Both the position numbers and the translations under genes were made by a program. Below, in pieces: positions 7,222 through 16,506 of a stretch of DNA of 25,119 bases. Within the stretch, counting starts at the first letter, position 1. Each line of letters opens with the position of its first letter. Origin of the DNA: Actinomycetota bacterium (GTDB lineage Bacteria > Actinomycetota > UBA4738 > JACQTL01); NCBI GenBank assembly GCA_035577825.1, contig DATLUW010001014.1, forward strand, positions 1-25,119, given 5' to 3'. Under the pieces are notes generated by a model. The model had not been told where the DNA came from and made no database searches. It saw nothing but the letters and a program-made list of their open reading frames with translations.

Positions 7222-7859
7222 CCCAGGTCAACCTCCTTCCCCGCGAGGTCCAGCAGCGGCAGCGAACGCGCCGCCGGACCGCAATGATCGCCACGCTCGG
7301 CGCGGTCGTGGTGGGTGCGATCGTCGCGTTCTGGTTCCTCCAGGGCGTGCGCTTGCACAAGCTCGACGACCAGGTGGCCGCCCAGGAGGCGACGAACGCC
7401 CAGCTGCAGACCCAGGTCACCTCGCTGCAGAAGTACGCGGACCAGAAGTCCGCCGCCGACCAGCAGAAAGCCCTGTTGCAGTCGGCGCTCGTCAACACGG
7501 TCGAGTGGTCGAACGTGCTCGACACCGTCTCCAAGATCGAGCCGAACTCCATGTGGCTGACCTCGATGTCGGGGAACGTCAATCCGCCGGCCGCGGCCGC
7601 CGTTCCGGGAACCACCCCGGCGCCGGCCACGGGCGGGCCGGTCCTGATCGGCACCATCACGTTCCAGGGGAACTCACTCGACACCGACACCATTGCGACC
7701 TGGCTGACCAAGCTCGAGACCGTCAAGGGCTGGGTGAACTCCTGGTTCGGCAGCGCGCAGGTCGCGAGCGTCGGCGAAACCCCGGTGTGGAGCTTCAACT
7801 CGTCAGTCGACCTCGAACAGAGCGCGGCCCTTGGGGGCTCCGGAGGAGGGGGAGCATGA
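7218..7859 (+). CDS. pilN: PilN, 213 aa
   Basis: N-terminal VNLLP PilM-binding motif, TM helix, coiled coil, WSNVLDTVS..P..MWLTSM; GTGA overlap with pilM; SD GGAGGTG. Confidence 0.92.
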   Translation: MTQVNLLPREVQQRQRTRRRTAMIATLGAVVVGAIVAFWFLQGVRLHKLDDQVAAQEATNAQLQTQVTSLQKYADQKSAADQQKALLQSALVNTVEWSNVLDTVSKIEPNSMWLTSMSGNVNPPAAAAVPGTTPAPATGGPVLIGTITFQGNSLDTDTIATWLTKLETVKGWVNSWFGSAQVASVGETPVWSFNSSVDLEQSAALGGSGGGGA

Positions 7860-8506
7860 ACGAGCGTCGCGGTCCGATCATCGCAGCGGTCGTGTCGGCC
7901 CTGGTCGCCCTGTTGGCCCTGGTCTTCCTGCTCCTGCCGCGCATCTCCGCGGTGCACAAGCGGTCGGACGACCTCGATGCCGCGGTGGCACAGGAGCAGA
8001 ACCTGCAGAGCCAGCTCGACCAGCTGAAGGAAGCGAAGCGCGAGGCCAAGATCGTGCAGAAGCAGCTGAACCGTCTGGAGACCAAGGTCCCGCCGACGGC
8101 CGACCTGCCGAGCTTCATCCGGCTGCTGCAGAACGCCGCCAACGCCTCCGCCGTGGACTTCATGTCGGTGTCGCCCGGGGCGCCGGCCTCGACCACCCCG
8201 GGGATCTCCACGATCCCGACCGCGATCAACGTGCTGGGCAGCTTCTTCTCGGTCGAGGAGTTCCTGTTCAAGCTCGAGACGTTGCCGCGGGCCTGCCGGG
8301 TGGTCGCGATCACCGTGACCCCGGGCGGAGAGGGCGGCCAGCTCGCCCTCACGATGACCGGTGAGATCTACACGACCGACACGAGCGCGGGTCCTGGCTC
8401 GGTGCCGGGGTCGACCGAGCCCACGCCGGCAGCGCCGGTCCCAACCTCGGGTGCGAGCCCGGCCGCGACCTCGGCGCCGTCGCCGGCCGCGACGACTGGA
8501 GGCTAG
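7856..8506 (+). CDS. pilO: PilO, 216 aa
   Basis: TM helix, coiled coil, VPPTADLPSFIRLLQ, GSFFSVEEFLFKLETLPR pattern; ATGA overlap with pilN; Pro/Ser/Thr tail. Confidence 0.9.
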   Translation: MNERRGPIIAAVVSALVALLALVFLLLPRISAVHKRSDDLDAAVAQEQNLQSQLDQLKEAKREAKIVQKQLNRLETKVPPTADLPSFIRLLQNAANASAVDFMSVSPGAPASTTPGISTIPTAINVLGSFFSVEEFLFKLETLPRACRVVAITVTPGGEGGQLALTMTGEIYTTDTSAGPGSVPGSTEPTPAAPVPTSGASPAATSAPSPAATTGG

Positions 8507-8510
8507 GCAG

Positions 8511-9248
8511 ATGGCCCTCGCAGAACGCGACCGACGCGCGCTCATCATCTTCGGCGCGGTGATCGTGGTGGCCCTGGCCGCCTACTTCCTCCTGCTGAAG
8601 AAGGGCGGGGGCGAGCCGGCGGCGACGCAGGCGACCACTGCACCCGGCGCAACCACGTCGGGCCCGAGCTCGCCGTTCAGCCCGAAGCCGACGAAGACCC
8701 CCCACAAGTCCCCATCCGTCACGCCCCGCACCACCCCGCCGTCCGAGCTCCCGCTCGGCGGGAAGGATCCCTTCTCGCCGCTCGTGAACCCGAGCTCGGG
8801 CGGCGGGGGCGGCCCCACCGGGACCAGCGGGCCGGGCGGGACCACGAGTCCCGGCGGCACGACCGGCTCCGGTGGCACCACCTCACCGGGCGGGACCACG
8901 TCACCGGGCGGGACGACCTCGCCGGGCGGCACCACCGGGCCGACCTCGACCGGGACGCCCACGACGACGCCATCCACCACGATCTCCGTGTCACCGCCGG
9001 GGTCGCCCTCGCCGGCGCCGGGCGGCGGCACGAGCGCCCACGTCGGCGGGCACACGGTCACGCTGCTCGATCTCTTCCGCCGCGACGGTGCCCCGAAGGC
9101 CCAGGTCCAGGTCGACGCGACCGTGTACACGGTCGGTGTGGACCAGACGTTCTCCGACGGGTTCAAGCTCCTGTCGATCTCGGGGACGTGCGCGACGTTC
9201 ACGCACGACGGTCAGCAGTTCGTCCTCTGCGAGAACCCGCAGAAATAG
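8511..9248 (+). CDS. Membrane-anchored PilP-position protein with Gly/Thr/Pro linker and small C-terminal beta domain, 245 aa
   Basis: N-terminal TM, KDPFSPL motif (recalls the RDPF motif of PilP/GspC-type proteins), GGTTSP repeats, C-terminal domain with Cys pair; position after pilO. Confidence 0.7.
   Translation: MALAERDRRALIIFGAVIVVALAAYFLLLKKGGGEPAATQATTAPGATTSGPSSPFSPKPTKTPHKSPSVTPRTTPPSELPLGGKDPFSPLVNPSSGGGGGPTGTSGPGGTTSPGGTTGSGGTTSPGGTTSPGGTTSPGGTTGPTSTGTPTTTPSTTISVSPPGSPSPAPGGGTSAHVGGHTVTLLDLFRRDGAPKAQVQVDATVYTVGVDQTFSDGFKLLSISGTCATFTHDGQQFVLCENPQK
8835..8942 (+). repeat. Six degenerate 18-nt coding repeats (GGTT[S/G][P/S])
   Basis: Units start at 8835, 8853, 8871, 8889, 8907 and 8925, with synonymous divergence. 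Confidence 0.9.
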
Positions 9249-9303
9249 CTCACTCGTATCGAAGCCACCGGCGCACTGCCTCTGGGGGGAGCGGTCGCCG
9301 GTC

Positions 9304-9336
9304 GCGAGGGGCGGTCCTCTCCGGGCCGCCCCTCGC
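9304..9336 (+). terminator. Hairpin ending the pilus cluster
   Basis: GCGAGGGGCGGTCC / GGGCCGCCCCTCGC 14-bp stem (one G-U), TCTCC loop, weak T tract; core nearly identical to the hairpin at 163-193. Confidence 0.6.
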
Positions 9337-9353
9337 CTCATTCGGGCAGGGCG

Positions 9354-9383
9354 TTCGGGAGGGGGTGAGCCGGTCCCTATGAT
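9354..9383 (+). promoter_or_regulatory. Putative promoter giving a leaderless aroC mRNA
   Basis: TATGAT (9378-9383) ends 7 nt before the ATG at 9391; TTCGGG lies 18 nt upstream; no SD at normal spacing. Confidence 0.55.
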
Positions 9384-9390
9384 TCCGTCC

Positions 9391-10560
9391 ATGGTTCGGG
9401 TGCTGACGGCAGGGGAGTCGCACGGGAAGGGCCTCGTGGCGGTGGTCGAGGGGCTGCCGGCCGGGATTCCCGTTCGCCTCGAAGACCTCGGCGCGGAGCT
9501 CGCCCGGCGCCGGAAGGGCTACGGCCGGAGCGGGCGCCAGCGCCTCGAGGCCGACCCCGTGGAGATCCTGGGCGGGGTGCGCCACGGCCGGACGCTCGGC
9601 TCCCCGGTCGCCATCACGATCGCGAACGCCGAATGGGAGTCGAAGTACCGGGAGCGGATGGGGGTCGAGGGGTCCCCGGATCCGAGCGAAGCGCTCACCG
9701 CCGTGCGGCCGGGGCACGCCGACCTGGCCGGGATGCAGAAGTACGGGTTCGACGACGCCCGCAACGTGCTCGAGCGGGCCAGCGCGCGGGAGACCGCGGC
9801 GCGCGTGGCGGCCGGATACCTGTGCAAGGCGTTCCTCACGGAGCTCGGGGTGAGCGTGCTCTCCCACGTCGTGCGGATCGGCTCCGCGGCCGCGCGGTCG
9901 GGCGCCCGTTCGCCCGGCGCCGGCGATCTGGCGGCGATCGACCGTGACCCGGTTCGGTGCTTCGACCCCGCGACGTCGAAACGAATGGTGGAGGCCGTGC
10001 GAGCCGCCCAGCGGTCGCGGGACACGCTGGGCGGGGTGTTCGAGGTGCTGGCGTTCGGGCTGCCGCCGGGGCTCGGGTCGCACGTGCAGTTCGACCGGAA
10101 GCTCGACGCCCGGCTGGCGCTCGCGCTGATGAGCATCCAGTCGGTGAAGGGCGTGGAGGTGGGGGACGGGTTCGCGTCGGCCGTGCGGCCGGGCTCGCGG
10201 GCGCACGACGAGCTGGCGCCCGGCTCCTCGCCGCTTCGCCCGCGCCGGCTGTCGAACCGCGCCGGCGGGATCGAGGGCGGGATGAGCACCGGCGAGCCCC
10301 TGCGCGTTCGAGCGGCCATGAAGCCCTTCTCCACGGTTCCGAAAGGGCTGCGGACGATCGACACGGCGACCGGGCGGGCGGCGAAGCCGTTCGCGCAGCG
10401 CACCGACGTGTGCGCCGTGCCGGCCGGCGGCGTCGTCGGCGAGGCGGTCGTCGCTGGGGTGCTCGCCGACGCGGCGCTCGAGAAGTTCGGCGGCGACTCG
10501 GTGATCGAAACGCGCCGGAACCTCGACGGGTTCGTCGCGTCCCTGGGGCGGGAACCGTGA
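9391..10560 (+). CDS. aroC: Chorismate synthase
   Basis: [70 protein letters not shown]. Confidence 0.98.
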   Translation: MVRVLTAGESHGKGLVAVVEGLPAGIPVRLEDLGAELARRRKGYGRSGRQRLEADPVEILGGVRHGRTLGSPVAITIANAEWESKYRERMGVEGSPDPSEALTAVRPGHADLAGMQKYGFDDARNVLERASARETAARVAAGYLCKAFLTELGVSVLSHVVRIGSAAARSGARSPGAGDLAAIDRDPVRCFDPATSKRMVEAVRAAQRSRDTLGGVFEVLAFGLPPGLGSHVQFDRKLDARLALALMSIQSVKGVEVGDGFASAVRPGSRAHDELAPGSSPLRPRRLSNRAGGIEGGMSTGEPLRVRAAMKPFSTVPKGLRTIDTATGRAAKPFAQRTDVCAVPAGGVVGEAVVAGVLADAALEKFGGDSVIETRRNLDGFVASLGREP

Positions 10561-12182
10561 CCTTCCGGGCCGGCCACGTCTGGCTGGTCGGCATGCCGGG
10601 GTCGGGGAAGTCGGCCGTCGGCCGGGCCCTCGCGGAGCGCATGGGGCTGCCGTTCGTGGACCTCGACGACGAGGTCGAACGCGCCGCGGGTCGGACCGTG
10701 CCGGCGATCTTCGCCGCGGACGGCGAGGCTGGGTTCCGCGGGCTCGAAGTCCGGGCGCTGGGTGACGCGGCCGATGGCCCGCGGGCGGTGGTGGCGACCG
10801 GCGGGGGAGCGGTCCTGTCGGACTCGAACCGCCGCCGGATGCGGCAAACCGGGCTCGTGGTGCACCTCGACGTCGACGAGGCCGTCGCGCTCCCACGCCT
10901 CGAGAGCTCGCCCACCCCCCGGCCGCTGCTGGCCGAACCGGGTGCCTGGGCCCGTCTGGCCGAGGAACGCCGGCGCGGCTACAAGGACGTCACCGATGTC
11001 GTCCATCACGAGTCCGCGCCTGGTTCGGAAACGCCCGAGGGCGTTGCGAGGGCGATCCAGAGCGTGATCGACGACGAGTGGGGGACCCCTCCTGTCGTCG
11101 TGGGCGTCCCAATCCCGGGTCGTCCGTACGAGGTGCTCGTGGGCGATTCGATCCTGTTCGTCCGGCAACTGCGGACGATGGTGCCGGAGGGGCGGCCGGG
11201 CGGGCTCGCGTTCGTGATCGCGGACCAGGCCTGTTCGGAACTGTTCCTCGAACGGATGGCGGAGGCGGTCGGGGAGGCCGGGTGGCAGGCCGTGCACCTT
11301 CCGATCCCCGACGGGGAGCGGGCGAAGACGCTCGCCGTGGCCGAAGCGCTGTACCGGCAGCTCGCGATCCGGGAGGCCCAGCGGGACGACCTGATCGTGG
11401 CGCTCGGCGGGGGGGCGGCGGGCGACGTGGCGGGGTTCGTCGCCGCGACGTACCTCCGCGGCATGCCCGTGCTGCAGGTCCCCACCACGCTGCTCGCCAT
11501 GGTCGATGCCGCGATCGGTGGGAAGACCGCCGTGAATCTCCCCGCCGGGAAGAACCTCGTCGGCGCGTTCCACCAGCCGGTGGGCGTGCTGGCGGACGTG
11601 GCCGCGCTCGCCACGCTCCCCGAGGGGGAGTTCCGCTCCGGGCTCGGCGAGGTCGCGAAGTACGCGCTGGCGTTCGATCGCGGGCTCGTTGGTCTGCTCG
11701 AACGCGAGACCGGCCGGCTGATCGGCCCCGGCGGGCCTCGCGAGCGCGAGCTCCTGGCCGACATCGTGCGGCGCTGCGCCGAGATCAAGGCCGGGATCGT
11801 CTCGGCCGATGAACGCGATACGGCGGAGCGGCTGTTCCTGAACTACGGGCACACGCTGGGGCATGCGCTGGAGCGGCTCGACGACTTCGCCGGGCGCTCG
11901 CACGGGGACGCGGTCTCGATCGGCTGCGTGTTCGCCGCGCGGCTCGCCGAACGGCTCGGAGTGGCGAGCTCCGGCCTCGTCGACCGCCACGTCCGGCTGC
12001 TCGAGCCGCTGGGGCTCCCCACCGGCGGGCCGCTGCCGGAGCCCGGTCGGGTCCTGGACGCGATGCGGATGGACAAGAAGCGCCGCGGCGGGCTTCGATT
12101 CGTACTGCTGGAGGACGTTGGGCGGCCGACGGTGGCCGAGGTCCCCGACGAGGACGTGATCGAGACGCTGGAGGCGATGTGA
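10557..12182 (+). CDS. aroK-aroB: Fused shikimate kinase / 3-dehydroquinate synthase, 541 aa
   Basis: N-terminal P-loop [23 protein letters not shown]-terminal [57 protein letters not shown]. One uninterrupted frame; GTGA overlap with aroC. Confidence 0.96.
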   Translation: MTFRAGHVWLVGMPGSGKSAVGRALAERMGLPFVDLDDEVERAAGRTVPAIFAADGEAGFRGLEVRALGDAADGPRAVVATGGGAVLSDSNRRRMRQTGLVVHLDVDEAVALPRLESSPTPRPLLAEPGAWARLAEERRRGYKDVTDVVHHESAPGSETPEGVARAIQSVIDDEWGTPPVVVGVPIPGRPYEVLVGDSILFVRQLRTMVPEGRPGGLAFVIADQACSELFLERMAEAVGEAGWQAVHLPIPDGERAKTLAVAEALYRQLAIREAQRDDLIVALGGGAAGDVAGFVAATYLRGMPVLQVPTTLLAMVDAAIGGKTAVNLPAGKNLVGAFHQPVGVLADVAALATLPEGEFRSGLGEVAKYALAFDRGLVGLLERETGRLIGPGGPRERELLADIVRRCAEIKAGIVSADERDTAERLFLNYGHTLGHALERLDDFAGRSHGDAVSIGCVFAARLAERLGVASSGLVDRHVRLLEPLGLPTGGPLPEPGRVLDAMRMDKKRRGGLRFVLLEDVGRPTVAEVPDEDVIETLEAM

Positions 12183-12211
12183 GGCGGCAACGAGTGAGGG
12201 CCGACCGGTGA
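12179..12211 (+). CDS. Putative bridging micro-[13 protein letters not shown]
   Basis: The GTG overlaps the aroB TGA and the TGA overlaps the aroQ GTG; GGAGG at 12170-12174. Confidence 0.3.
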   Translation: MRRQRVRADR

Positions 12212-12669
12212 GGGCACTGTTCCTGTTCGGGCCGAACCTCGGCGCGCTCGGCACGCGCGACCCCGAGCAGTACGGCAGCGAGACGCTCGAGCAGGTCATG
12301 ACCGGGGTCGACGCACGGGCGAGCGAACTCGGCCACCACGTGGCGTGGCGGCAGTCCGACCACGAGGGCGACGTGGTCGGATGGCTGAACGGGGCACGGG
12401 CGGAGGGGTTCGAGGCGGTCGTGGTCAACCCCGGGGCGCTCACGCACTACTCGCACGCACTGCGCGACGCGGTCGAGGGCTGCCGCCTCCCCGTGATCGA
12501 GGTCCACCAGACGAACATCTACGCCCGGGAGGAGTTCCGCCGGCACTCGGTGGTCTCGCCGGCCTGCCGCGCCGTCATCGCTGGGCTCGGGACCCGCGGG
12601 TATCATCTGGCGCTGGAGGCCCTTGCATGGATTTTCCCGGACGGAGACGGCGACTCGCCGCGCGCCTGA
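12208..12669 (+). CDS. aroQ: Type II 3-dehydroquinate dehydratase
   Basis: GPNLGALGTRDPEQYG, QSDHEG, NPGALTHYS.ALRDA, EVHQTNIYAREEFR. Confidence 0.97.
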   Translation: MRALFLFGPNLGALGTRDPEQYGSETLEQVMTGVDARASELGHHVAWRQSDHEGDVVGWLNGARAEGFEAVVVNPGALTHYSHALRDAVEGCRLPVIEVHQTNIYAREEFRRHSVVSPACRAVIAGLGTRGYHLALEALAWIFPDGDGDSPRA

Positions 12670-13700
12670 GCGAGCTCGAGATCGACGCGTTCCTGGTGAC
12701 GCGGCTGCCGAACGTTCGCTATCTGACGGGGTTCACCGGATCGAACGGCCAGCTGGTGCTGGGTGCGGACGGCGGCGTGTTCCTCACCGACGGCCGGTAC
12801 ACGGAGCAGTCCCGCCACGAGGTACCCGACCTCGACCGCGTGACGTACCCGGCGTTTCCGCCGGCGTTCGCGGACGCGGTCGGGAAGCTCGGCGCCGCGC
12901 GGGTCGGGTTCGAGTCGACCGGCGTGACCCACAAGTTGTTCCGCGACCTGACCGACGCGGGTCCCGAGGACGCCGAGCTCGTCCCGACGGACGGCGAGGT
13001 CGAACACCTCCGCTGGGTCAAGGAGCCTGAGGAGATCGCGATGGTCGCGCAGGCCCAGGCGATCACCGACGACTGCTTCGACCGCATCGTGGCGAAGCTC
13101 GCCGAGGGCATGACCGAACGCGAGGTCGCCCTCGAGATGGAGCTCACCATGCGGCAGAACGGGGCCGACGCGCTGGCGTTCGAGTCGATCGTCGCGTTCG
13201 GGGAGGGCGCGGCCGAGCCGCACCACCACCCGACCGACCGGGCGCTGCAGGCGGGCGACGTGATCAAGCTGGACTTCGGTGCGCTGTACCGCGGGTACCA
13301 TTCGGACATGACGCGGACGGTCGCGTTCGGCGAGCCGTCCGAGGAGCTGCGCGAGATCCACGCCCTCGTGAAGGCGGCGCAGCAGGCGGGGATCGACGCG
13401 GTCCGCCCGGGCGCCACCGGAGCCGAACCCGACGCCGCCTCGCGGCAGGTCATCGCGGACGCCGGGCGGGGCGAGGCGTTCAGCCATTCGCTCGGGCACG
13501 GGGTCGGCCTCGAGATCCATGAGGGGCCGTCGCTCCGCGCGAACGGCGAGGACGTGCTGCCGGTGGGGGCGATCGTGACGGTCGAGCCCGGTGTGTACGT
13601 GCCGGGCCTCGGCGGGGTCCGGATCGAGGACATGGTGGAGGTCACGGCCGACGGCTGCCGCCCCATGCCCCGCTCCACCCGCGACCTCGTGATCCTGTGA
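12627..13700 (+). CDS. pepQ: Xaa-Pro peptidase (M24B), 357 aa
   Basis: YLTGFTGSNG, TDGRYTEQ, DFGA...SDMTRT, HSLGHGVGLEIHEGP, TVEPGVY...GGVRIED; SD GGAGG at 12615-12619; 43-nt overlap with aroQ; usual position before efp. Confidence 0.93.
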   Translation: MDFPGRRRRLAARLSELEIDAFLVTRLPNVRYLTGFTGSNGQLVLGADGGVFLTDGRYTEQSRHEVPDLDRVTYPAFPPAFADAVGKLGAARVGFESTGVTHKLFRDLTDAGPEDAELVPTDGEVEHLRWVKEPEEIAMVAQAQAITDDCFDRIVAKLAEGMTEREVALEMELTMRQNGADALAFESIVAFGEGAAEPHHHPTDRALQAGDVIKLDFGALYRGYHSDMTRTVAFGEPSEELREIHALVKAAQQAGIDAVRPGATGAEPDAASRQVIADAGRGEAFSHSLGHGVGLEIHEGPSLRANGEDVLPVGAIVTVEPGVYVPGLGGVRIEDMVEVTADGCRPMPRSTRDLVIL

Positions 13701-13787
13701 CCGCTTTCGGAACATCGAACCCACCCGCCGCGTCGCTTCGCGAAGCGAACCACACGACCGGGCGGGCAGCGAGCTGAGGAGCAACCC

Positions 13788-14351
13788 ATGAGCGTCTCCA
13801 CGAACGACCTGAAGAACGGCATGACCCTCGAGCTGGACGGCCAGCTGTGGACCGTCCTCGACTTCCTGCACCACAAGCCGGGGAAGGGCCAGGCCGTCGT
13901 GCGGACGAAGCTGCGCAACGTGAAGACCGGGGCGGTGCTGGACCGGACCTTCAAGCACGACGAGAAGGTCGGGCTCGCCATCCTCGAGAAGAAGGAGATG
14001 CAGTACCTCTACCTCGACGGCGACAACCTGATCTTCATGGACACCGACTCCTACGAGCAGCACCCCGTGCCGTCGGAGGTGGCCGGCGAGGCGGTGAAGT
14101 ACCTCACCGAGGGGTTCACGCCGATCGTCGCCCTGTACGAGGGGAACGCGATCTCGGTCGAGCTGCCCGCGTCGGTCGTCCTCGCGGTCACCGCGACCGA
14201 CCCCGGCGTGAAGGGCGACCGGGTGTCCGGCGCGCTGAAGCCGGCCACGCTCGAGACCGGGATCACCGTCCAGGTGCCGCTGTTCATCGAGGTGGGCGAC
14301 AAGCTGAAGGTCGACACCCGCACCGGCGAGTACCTGACCCGCGAGAAGTAG
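13788..14351 (+). CDS. efp: Elongation factor P
   Basis: HHKPGKGQAVVRTKL, TDPGVKGD, QVPLFIEVGD...DTRTGEY; SD GAGGAG. Confidence 0.99.
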   Translation: MSVSTNDLKNGMTLELDGQLWTVLDFLHHKPGKGQAVVRTKLRNVKTGAVLDRTFKHDEKVGLAILEKKEMQYLYLDGDNLIFMDTDSYEQHPVPSEVAGEAVKYLTEGFTPIVALYEGNAISVELPASVVLAVTATDPGVKGDRVSGALKPATLETGITVQVPLFIEVGDKLKVDTRTGEYLTREK

Positions 14352-14376
14352 CCGCCGTGATGCGGCCGGGTCGTTC

Positions 14377-14865
14377 GTGAACCCCCGCCACGCCGATCGG
14401 CGGCGGGCTCTCGACGCGCTGTTCCAGGCCGACGTGATGGGCGTTCGGCCGACGGCCGTGCTGGAGCAGTGGCGTGAGGCCACCGGCGAGGAGGTCGCGC
14501 CGTTCACCTCGGAGCTCGTGCAGGGCTTCGAGGACTACCGGGAGGACGTCGACATCCTGATCGGGGAGACCGCGCACGACTGGGCGGTCGATCGGATGGC
14601 GGCGGTGGACCGGGCGATCCTGCGGCTCGGGACCTACGAGCTGCTGTTCCGGCCGGACACGCCGGTGGCCGTGGCGATCGACGAGGCGGTGGAGGCGGCG
14701 AAGGAGCTCTCGACGGAGGACAGCGGGCGGTTCGTCAACGGGGTGCTGGGGCGGATCGCATCCGGGCCCGGCCTCGCCGAGCGGCCGGTGGCCACGACGA
14801 GACGGGAGCGAGCGCGGGTCGAGCCGAACGAGACGGCGGATCGAACGCGGGTGGAGCCGGACTGA
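14377..14865 (+). CDS. nusB: Transcription antitermination factor NusB with a C-terminal extension
   Basis: RRRALDALFQ, DRMAAVDRAILRL, AIDEAVEAAKELS...FVNGVLG. Confidence 0.96.
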   Translation: MNPRHADRRRALDALFQADVMGVRPTAVLEQWREATGEEVAPFTSELVQGFEDYREDVDILIGETAHDWAVDRMAAVDRAILRLGTYELLFRPDTPVAVAIDEAVEAAKELSTEDSGRFVNGVLGRIASGPGLAERPVATTRRERARVEPNETADRTRVEPD

Positions 14866-14875
14866 CGGGCGAGGG

Positions 14876-15115
14876 CTACTCGTCCGCGGCTGCGGTCTCG
14901 GCGGGCTTCTTGGCCTCCGCGGGCGCCGGCGGGGCCTCGGACTCCGCGGGCAGCTCGTCCTTGCCGCCCTCCTTCAGGCCCTTCTTGAACTCGGTCGAGG
15001 ACTTCCCGAGCGAGCGCGCCAGCTCGGGGAGCTTCTTCGCGCCGAACAGGAGCAGGAACACCGCGAGGATGATGAGGATCTCGGGGGCACCGAGTTGGTC
15101 GAACAGGCCCAGCAT
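14876..15115 (-). CDS. tatA: Twin-arginine translocase TatA/E, 79 aa
   Basis: [39 protein letters not shown]; SD TAAGGAG 6 nt upstream. Confidence 0.96.
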   Translation of the reverse strand: MLGLFDQLGAPEILIILAVFLLLFGAKKLPELARSLGKSSTEFKKGLKEGGKDELPAESEAPPAPAEAKKPAETAAADE

Positions 15116-15168
15116 CGCGAACTCCTTACCTCGTCGGACCTCGTCATCTCGACCGAGGCGTCGAGGCC

Positions 15169-15197
15169 AGTGTAGGCCGTTTCGTCGGGAGCGCCAG
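15169..15197 (-). promoter_or_regulatory. Putative tatA promoter
   Basis: On the minus strand: CTGGCG, 17-nt spacer, TACACT. Confidence 0.45.
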
Positions 15198-15449
15198 TCC
15201 CTGGCGACCGTCGCCACGGAAGTGGCAATTTCCGTCTCATCCTGGTCGAATCGGTTGTCACGGTCGAGGTCGGAGCACCATGGTCACGGGAGCCCGCTCC
15301 CCCGGACCGACACCTGCTACCTCGGGACCGGCGGCCTGCAGTCGTCGACCTGCTGAGCCCGAACCGTCGAATCGAACGCGCCAGGAGGGACCCGGGACGA
15401 TTCCCGGGGCCTCCTGGCGTGCGTTGCCAGGACCGGCGAAGATGCGCCG

Positions 15450-16436
15450 GTGCTGGTGCTCTCCCGCGCCGACGTCGCCTCCCTGCTCGATCCCGACGAG
15501 CTGATCGACGCCCTGTCCGTCGCCATGATCGACCTCTCGTCGGGCGCGGCGTCCATGCCCACCCGCGTGGCCGCGTTCGTTCCGGGGGTCGCCGGACTCC
15601 TCGGTGCCATGCCGGCGTGGCTGCCATCGGCCGCGGTGTTGGAGACCAAGCTCGTCTCGGTGTTCCCCCGGAACGCAGGCGGCGTGATTCCGACACACCA
15701 GGCGGTCATCGTGGTGTTCGATCCGGGGACGGGGGAGCCGATCTCGCTCATGGACGGAACGGAGATCACGGCGCAGCGGACGGCCGCCGGATCCGCCCTG
15801 GCCACCGCGGTCCTCGCCCGGGAGGACGCGCGTGTGATGGCGGTGGTCGGGACCGGGGTCCAGGCACGGGCCCACCTCCGCTACGTCGCCCGGGTGCGGG
15901 GATTCGACCGGGTGGCGGTTGCGGGTCGCGACCCGCTCCGGGCAGGGGCCGTGGCCGAGCAGGCGTCGGCCGATTCGGACGTCAACGTGTCGGCGGCGGA
16001 ATCGATCGAGGCCGCCGTCCGGGCCGCGGACGTCGTGTGCGCGACGACCGGCGCGACGACGCCGGTGCTGGCGCGGGACTGGCTGGCCGACGGAACCCAC
16101 GTGAACTCGGTGGGCTGGACGCCGGACGGACGCGAGATCGATGCGGAGACGGTTCGGGACTCGGTGGTGGTGGTCGAGTCCCGTTCGTCCGCGCTCTCGG
16201 AGGGCGCGGGCGGCGCCAACGACCTGGTGTGGCCGATCCGGGACGGGGTCGTCGGCCCGGACCACGTCCACGCAGAGATCGGGGAGATCCTCGCGGGAAC
16301 CCGGCCCGGCCGTACCTCCGCCGATCAGATCACGCTGTACAAATCGGTCGGCGTGGCCGTGCAGGACGCCGCGGCGGCCGGTCTCGTGCTCCGCGCGGCG
16401 CATGATCGGGGGGTCGGCCGCGAGGTCGATGTCTGA
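15450..16436 (+). CDS. Ornithine cyclodeaminase / mu-crystallin family protein
   Basis: ETKLVSVFPRN, ITAQRTAAGSA, GTGVQARAH, DVVCATT, GTHVNSVG, YKSVGVAVQDAAAA. Substrate cannot be assigned. Confidence 0.92.
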   Translation: MLVLSRADVASLLDPDELIDALSVAMIDLSSGAASMPTRVAAFVPGVAGLLGAMPAWLPSAAVLETKLVSVFPRNAGGVIPTHQAVIVVFDPGTGEPISLMDGTEITAQRTAAGSALATAVLAREDARVMAVVGTGVQARAHLRYVARVRGFDRVAVAGRDPLRAGAVAEQASADSDVNVSAAESIEAAVRAADVVCATTGATTPVLARDWLADGTHVNSVGWTPDGREIDAETVRDSVVVVESRSSALSEGAGGANDLVWPIRDGVVGPDHVHAEIGEILAGTRPGRTSADQITLYKSVGVAVQDAAAAGLVLRAAHDRGVGREVDV

Positions 16437-16470
16437 CGGGTCCCCCCGGCATCCTCGTCCGGCAGCCGGA

Positions 16471-16496
16471 ACCGCGAAGAGCGGATCTTCGCTGGT
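16471..16496 (+). terminator. Hairpin after the OCD-family gene
   Basis: GCGAAGA / TCTTCGC stem extended by ACC / GGT with one bulge; no U tract. Confidence 0.35.
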
Positions 16497-16506
16497 CGCG
16501 GGCTCG

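Noticed and set aside
8835-8942. CRISPR-like or contingency repeat array
   Set aside because: The units are in-frame, spacer-less 18-mers with synonymous divergence, i.e. a protein linker.
9379-9390. aroC start at ATG 9379 or further upstream
   Set aside because: AroC proteins begin just before LTAGESHG, and 9378-9383 is better explained as the -10 element.
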